From contig NMRA01000386.1 in the NCBI GenBank assembly GCA_002633005.1, forward strand, positions 324,032-388,031: 64,000 nucleotides of DNA. The letters run 5' to 3'. The notes under the pieces were generated by a model. It had not been told where the DNA came from. It saw only the letters and a list, made by a program, of their open reading frames with translations, and made no database searches. This DNA is from Phoronis australis (taxonomy: Eukaryota > Animalia > Phoronida). Shown here piece by piece: positions 58,381-64,000 of the stretch (the first letter of the stretch is position 1; each line of letters begins with the position of its first letter). The position numbers were made by a program, and so were the translations under genes.

Positions 58381-59248
58381 TTTGCCTTGCCTTGCCTGAT
58401 CCCAGCTCAAAGAAGGTAGCAGGCCTAATGTCTAATGAACTGATAGTTCATGGCGATTGTTTTGCGCAGCACCGACAAGAGAACGTGATTCTACACGACG
58501 GACAGCCATGTTCGCTTGAACTCTTGTACGATTGGCACTTTCTCCAGTAGTATTAGTCTGTGGAAGACGTTTCACGCAGATGCCACTAATTTAAGCCACA
58601 GACAAACAGTTTTGTCTTCTCAGTGCTATCACCTGAACAATAACTTAGGGTCTTTGTTAACGTCAGTTGCAGAAAAATACATGCCATTTCTAGTTCTGAG
58701 GGTATTAAGGTCACCCACTGACCTATTTATGAAAGAGCTGCCAGCTGCCCTTTTGTCTCGCTAGCTTCAGAGTCTGGTCAAAGACGTTAAAACATTCTTA
58801 TAGCGTCACGGACGGTAGCGTAGCCTAGCGGGCGTGTGTGCGCTGACGAAGTACGCGAAGCGTTGGGCTACGGCCGATATCAGTTTGTCAAATTCAAAAT
58901 TGTGAAGTGCCTTTTGCTTAAAATATTGAAAACAAAAAAAACATGAGCAGTGCCATGGAAAATACACATTGGCAAAATCTTGGGCAGTAAAGTAAGTTAC
59001 GAGAAATACATCATAAGCAATTGACTCAGTAATCAGAAGTAAACAAGTGAAAATATGTGATTGGAGGATGAGCAGGTACAGAACATGAAAGATTTTGTCC
59101 AGGGAGGTCAGGGAAGTAATAAACGTAAGACAGACCTGCTGAAGAAGATGAGAGAAAAAACGGGGGCGGCGCCCTCAACCGGCCCGAAAGTGGGGGCGGA
59201 AATAGCTTTCTTTCCCCAATATTCCAGGTGTTAATATCAATTAATTAA

Positions 59249-59851
59249 NNNNNNNNNNNNNNNNNNNNNNNNNNNNNNNNNNNNNNNNNNNNNNNNNNNN
59301 NNNNNNNNNNNNNNNNNNNNNNNNNNNNNNNNNNNNNNNNNNNNNNNNNNNNNNNNNNNNNNNNNNNNNNNNNNNNNNNNNNNNNNNNNNNNNNNNNNNN
59401 NNNNNNNNNNNNNNNNNNNNNNNNNNNNNNNNNNNNNNNNNNNNNNNNNNNNNNNNNNNNNNNNNNNNNNNNNNNNNNNNNNNNNNNNNNNNNNNNNNNN
59501 NNNNNNNNNNNNNNNNNNNNNNNNNNNNNNNNNNNNNNNNNNNNNNNNNNNNNNNNNNNNNNNNNNNNNNNNNNNNNNNNNNNNNNNNNNNNNNNNNNNN
59601 NNNNNNNNNNNNNNNNNNNNNNNNNNNNNNNNNNNNNNNNNNNNNNNNNNNNNNNNNNNNNNNNNNNNNNNNNNNNNNNNNNNNNNNNNNNNNNNNNNNN
59701 NNNNNNNNNNNNNNNNNNNNNNNNNNNNNNNNNNNNNNNNNNNNNNNNNNNNNNNNNNNNNNNNNNNNNNNNNNNNNNNNNNNNNNNNNNNNNNNNNNNN
59801 NNNNNNNNNNNNNNNNNNNNNNNNNNNNNNNNNNNNNNNNNNNNNNNNNNN
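59249..59851. other. Assembly gap (N run)
   Basis: About 600 N. Confidence 1.
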
Positions 59852-59924
59852 AAAAAGGAGAAACGTCGCTCGTAGGATGTAAGACACAACAGATGGATGC
59901 AAAAAGAAATTCCACAGATATCGA

Positions 59925-59998
59925 GTCCTCAGTGGCTCAGTGGATGCAGCACAAGACCAGCAATCTGAAGGGCAGTGGTTCGATTCCCAGTGGAGACG
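59925..59998 (+). pseudogene. tRNA-like sequence (pseudo-tRNA or SINE head), AGC at the anticodon position
   Basis: A box TGGCTCAGTGG and B box GGTTCGATTCCC, 74 nt, acceptor stem GTCCTCA/TGGAGAC mostly paired; anticodon and T stems are degenerate. Confidence 0.6.
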
Positions 59999-60095
59999 GC
60001 ACAAGACCAGCAACCTGAAGACCGGAGGCGGAGACGGCACAAGACCAGCAACCTGAAGACCGGAGGCGGAGACGGCAGAGACGGCAGAGACGGGC
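59993..60095 (+). repeat. 38-bp tandem repeat (2 copies) plus 9-bp repeats following the tRNA-like sequence
   Basis: GAGACGGCACAAGACCAGCAACCTGAAGACCGGAGGCG twice, then GAGACGGCA repeats. Confidence 0.85.
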
Positions 60096-60409
60096 CCCCT
60101 CTCGCACACGCGCCCCCTCTGACACACGCACCCTCTCACACACACGCACCCTCTCTAGCCCCCTCTCCCACACCCTCTCAATGACAGCACACAGTTCTAG
60201 GTAGAATCAGGGCAGACGTATTTTCCTGATGGCTCTGTCGTCAATAAAATGTAAGAAAAGGTCAGAACACTTTTCTCCTGTGGAAAAGATTTCCCCGCAG
60301 GACTATATATTTACAGAGCAAATTGATGTCATTCAAGAAGAGCAAGAACAGTGATGCCAAAACAAGTCAACGGAAGCAACAGGCTTGGAGGGACAGTGGT
60401 TCTTGACTT

Positions 60410-61270
60410 GGGGAGACCGGGGCTAGTTCGACCCTTTTTTGAAAAAAGCGCAATATTGTGGAAACTACTTAAGCTGGTTCATCCATAAGCGCTGCGCGAG
60501 AAGTGCGATCTGTCAGTCAATATGTGGGGCATATTTAAGCGATGTAAGTGCACTGGTCTTGTAGCAATTTTCGTTTTAAAATGTCCACCTTCGGGGGTCC
60601 ACCTTGCCCTGGCCCTCGGCAAGTTGGGTCCACCCACGGGACACGTTCGGCCTCCATTGCAGTACTCTTAAAATGAACAAAACACATTTTTGCACAATTT
60701 TGTGTTGGTGTATGCCTGTTTTTTTGTCCCAAAGGACCGTAAAGTACACAAGAACTAGGGTTTGAATGTCAACTGTCTATTAAAAATACTTCGCAAATAT
60801 CATAATCTTTTACTTACTAAACTGATGATCGGATGCTACTTTTTTACTCAATGAGCTATTAAAAGTAAACAACGTGAGAGTTTAAACGTATTTGCTTTAG
60901 TCCCCATCTGAGTTAAAGCTGTGGTACACAAAGGAGTACAGCATCCCATCTTCAGCGCATTCCTTGTGGGCCGCAGGGGACCCAATTTTCTCTACTCCTG
61001 CTGTTAGAATATGGCTCTAGACAAACGAGTCAAAACACTCCTGTTCATACTCGCTCTCTGAAGATGGGGATGGCGATCTCTCTTCTTTTTGTTTTGGTTT
61101 TGTGTTAACAGCAAGCTTTCTCGCAGGTTTTTCTTCTTTCCCTTAACTTGTGCTTCTCTCAGGGCCTCTTTCTCTGGTGTATAGGTGAGAATGGCCGATT
61201 TTCTCCGTTTTCTGTTTCCACCTGTGGTTTTGCGCGGTGGAGCTGTTGGGTGTAGTCTTACTGTCTGCAG
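60410..61270 (-). mobile_element. Decayed pogo/Tigger-like (Tc1/mariner superfamily) transposon 3' end with PHD-finger transposase tail
   Basis: Minus-strand frameshifted peptides TVRLHPTAPPRKTTGGNRKRRKSAILTYTPEK and ECF/LVCLEPYSNSRSRENWVPC/AHKEC..DGD* (stop 60897-60899); terminus-like GGGGAGACCGGGGCTAGTT at 60410. Confidence 0.65.
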
Positions 61271-61611
61271 TAGTAGTAGGAGTAATACACTTTATTCATG
61301 TTACTACAAAAACATACAATTCATACCAATTCACGCTTATGGAGACTCTGTGAAGGACACAAAGGAGCCACCAGAGAATAAAATATAGAGTTATAGATAA
61401 CCAGAATTATAACATTAGGTGATAATGTAATTTAAAACTACTTGTAAAAAGACTAGGAGAGATAAATAGTTACTCACAAAGCAGTTGGGAATTGTGCACT
61501 CAAGTGCATAACTTTCAAAACAAACCTTTTTAAAATAATTTATAACAGAGGATAACGAATGGGTAAAAAATTTTTCGGAAACACTTTCAGGAAGGTTATT
61601 AATGATATGAG

Positions 61612-63628
61612 GTAGGGCATTGCGAGCTGAATTTCAGAAAATGATTTAGTACAACGAGGAGTTTGTAGAAGATGTTGGAAAGAAAGCCAGTGACCTTACT
61701 GAATTAGCCTATAGCTTGTTTTGCTCTATATGCGTAAAATACACTACTGTTTAGCCCTATTTTGAGTGTTTTGTTACGACAACAACGCGAAGTTTGTGGC
61801 ATTCAATCTGCAAAATTTAAGCAATTCATTCTTTGGTGGGTAAGTGGTCACATTGATCGAGACACGTAAGTGAACATAGTTTTTTATGGAAGTACGGTTG
61901 TGTGAAGGTTTGTCTAGGCGATTTCAATTAATGAAAATACTTCCGACGCCTATCCAGAATCAAGAATAGATCGCCTCTTCATTATGTGTATGGCGATCGA
62001 CCTGCCCGAGAGACCGGCCCTCCAACCATAAAAGCCAGAATGGAGTCGTGTAAGATATTTGCTACAAGGTGATCTTCCCAACTTGTTGTTGGGCTATAGA
62101 ATCGAACAACTAGTTGGGAGCAACGGGAAAACGCCGTAATGATCCAGGCCATGTAATTGGCTAACTCGAACGTAGCCCTTAGTCTGTCCAGAGACCGTCT
62201 TTGGTCTATCTCCGGTTCTCCCTGTAGCAGCTCCGTGAGCGGAAGCAGGGATCTGAGTTCGCGCAGTGCCAAGTCCACTGACCATTTTTACATGTCTGTA
62301 AAGTGAACGTTCGAAAAATGTAGTCCAGCCACAACACGTGTTCTTTCTGGCCTTTGTGACCATGTTCACATTTCTTCACTCAAATTCAATAAACACCTTT
62401 AAACAGTATACACCATGGATTTTTGCACATTTTTAATTACCGGTGGCCACAGACTAAATGTATGACGTAAAATTTAGCTAAACCCATGTTTATTTTGTGT
62501 AATTAGCTCGAAATTTTGATTTTTCTTTCAATTTTGCCAATTTTCACATTTCCCGCCAAGTGACGTCATGGGTTGAACACAAGAGATCAGTGACTAGCAT
62601 TGAACAATGGCGAAGTGCAGAGAATTTGAAAGTGACGACGATTATGAGCAAGAATTGAACGAATACTATGAAGAAACCTACGGGAATGGTGGCCAGGATG
62701 AGAAAATTTGGTTGCACGAAAGCGAGAATAAGTTTAATGTGCTTCCGGCAGCGCCCTACTTTGAGCCTTCAGAACTGGATCCTCCCGCGAGAGAAGCGGC
62801 CTCGGGCTCGGCGAGTCAACCCAGTCATCCAACAGNGTAGGGCATTGCGAGCTGAATTTCAGAAAATGATTTAGTACAACGAGGAGTTTGTAGAAGATGT
62901 TGGAAAGAAAGCCAGTGACCTTACTGAATTAGCCTATAGCTTGTTTTGCTCTATATGCGTAAAATACACTACTGTTTAGCCCTATTTTGAGTGTTTTGTT
63001 ACGACAACAACGCGAAGTTTGTGGCATCCAATCTGCAAAATTTAAGCAATTCATTCTTTGGTGGGTAAGTGGTCACATTGATCGAGACACGTAAGTGAAC
63101 GTAGTTTTTTATGGAAGTACGGTTGTGTGAAGGTTTGTCTAGGCGATTTCAATTAATGAAAATACTCCCGACGCCTATCCAGAATCAAGAATAGATCGCC
63201 TCTTCATTATGTGTATGGCGATCGACCTGCCCGAGATCCGGCCCTGCAACCATAAAAGCCAGAATGGAGTTGTGTAAGATATTTGCTACAAGGTGATCTT
63301 CCCAACTCGTTGTTGGGCTATAGAATCGAACAACTAGTTGGGAGCAACGGGAAAACGCCGTAATGATCCAGGCCATGTAATTGGCTAACTCGAACGTAGC
63401 CCTTAGTCTGTCCAGAGACCGTCTTCGGTCTATCTCCGGTTCTCCCTGTAGCAGCTCCGTGAGCGGAAGCAGGGACCTGAGTTCGCGCAGTGCCAAGTCC
63501 ACTGACCATTTTTACATGTCTGTAAAGTGAACGTTCGAAAAATGTAGTCCAGCCACGACACGTGTTCTTTCTGGCCTTTGTGACCATGTTCACATTTCTT
63601 CACTCAAATTCAATAAACACCTTTAAAC
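61612..63628. repeat. About 790-bp duplication 61612-62404 / 62837-63628 across a single N (probable haplotype artefact)
   Basis: Near-identical copies, both starting GTAGGGCATTGCGAG; N at 62836. Confidence 0.88.
62403..62835 (+). mobile_element. 5' end of a TTAA-inserting (Kolobok-like) element with a truncated acidic ORF starting at 62607
   Basis: Present after TTAA (62399-62402) in one copy of the duplicated block and absent at the equivalent TTAA (63623-63626). Contains TGACGTCA, ATG in AATGGCG context, and ORF MAKCREFESDDDY..PYFEPSE.. cut by the N at 62836. Confidence 0.45.
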
Positions 63629-64000
63629 GTTACATTAATTTTCCTGGGACATGAAAAAAGTGCGTAGCGATGTGCACAGAGAGTTACGTTCGGCATACGA
63701 AAATATTGCCCGCGCGTTTTTATACTGAGCAGAAGGCGACACAACTTAGTGCCAGAGGCGTAAGTAAAATACAAACCTTTTAGTCACTCATACAACTGTA
63801 GGTTTCTGCGATAATTTAACGTTCCAGTCTCGATAGTTCTTTCGCGAGCTCTTTTGATTTAGCCTAACATGATCTTTCCTTAGTGGCGCCCCGGCAGCTT
63901 TTCTCGCAAAAAAGTTACTACAGGAGTTTACTATGAAACGCCACCCTTCAGATGATCGCAAACGACAGTTGCCGACACCCACTTGGTGATATCCTTGTAA

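Noticed and set aside
59237-60145. ORFs of 200-300 aa in the track
   Set aside because: Mostly N-gap read-through.

Overview
Intron-rich eukaryotic DNA, most likely from a bilaterian invertebrate (species not determinable), in a draft heterozygous assembly. Three spliced genes were reconstructed by hand. (1) CHD1L/ALC1 (SNF2 helicase plus macro domain) on the minus strand, 20 exons, 464-19147, ending in a U12-type intron donor. (2) DHX9/RNA helicase A on the plus strand, 27 coding exons, 22064-47710, head-to-head with CHD1L. (3) A ZAD-like plus about 15 zinc-finger gene on the minus strand, 50702-58380. Introns and intergenic DNA carry non-autonomous DNA transposons (Mutator-like with 9-bp TSD, Harbinger-like with TTA TSD, others), tRNA-derived fragments, minisatellites and a decayed pogo-like transposase. 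Three tandem duplications joined by a single N look like haplotype-overlap artefacts. The most interesting signal is in the DHX9 intron after the GPDHNR exon, the position of the human poison exon 6A. It holds a candidate stop-containing cassette exon followed by about 1.3 kb of nested, G-U-rich sense-strand RNA stems, a candidate dsRNA-sensing autoregulatory module. All coordinates were read by eye and may be off by a few nt.
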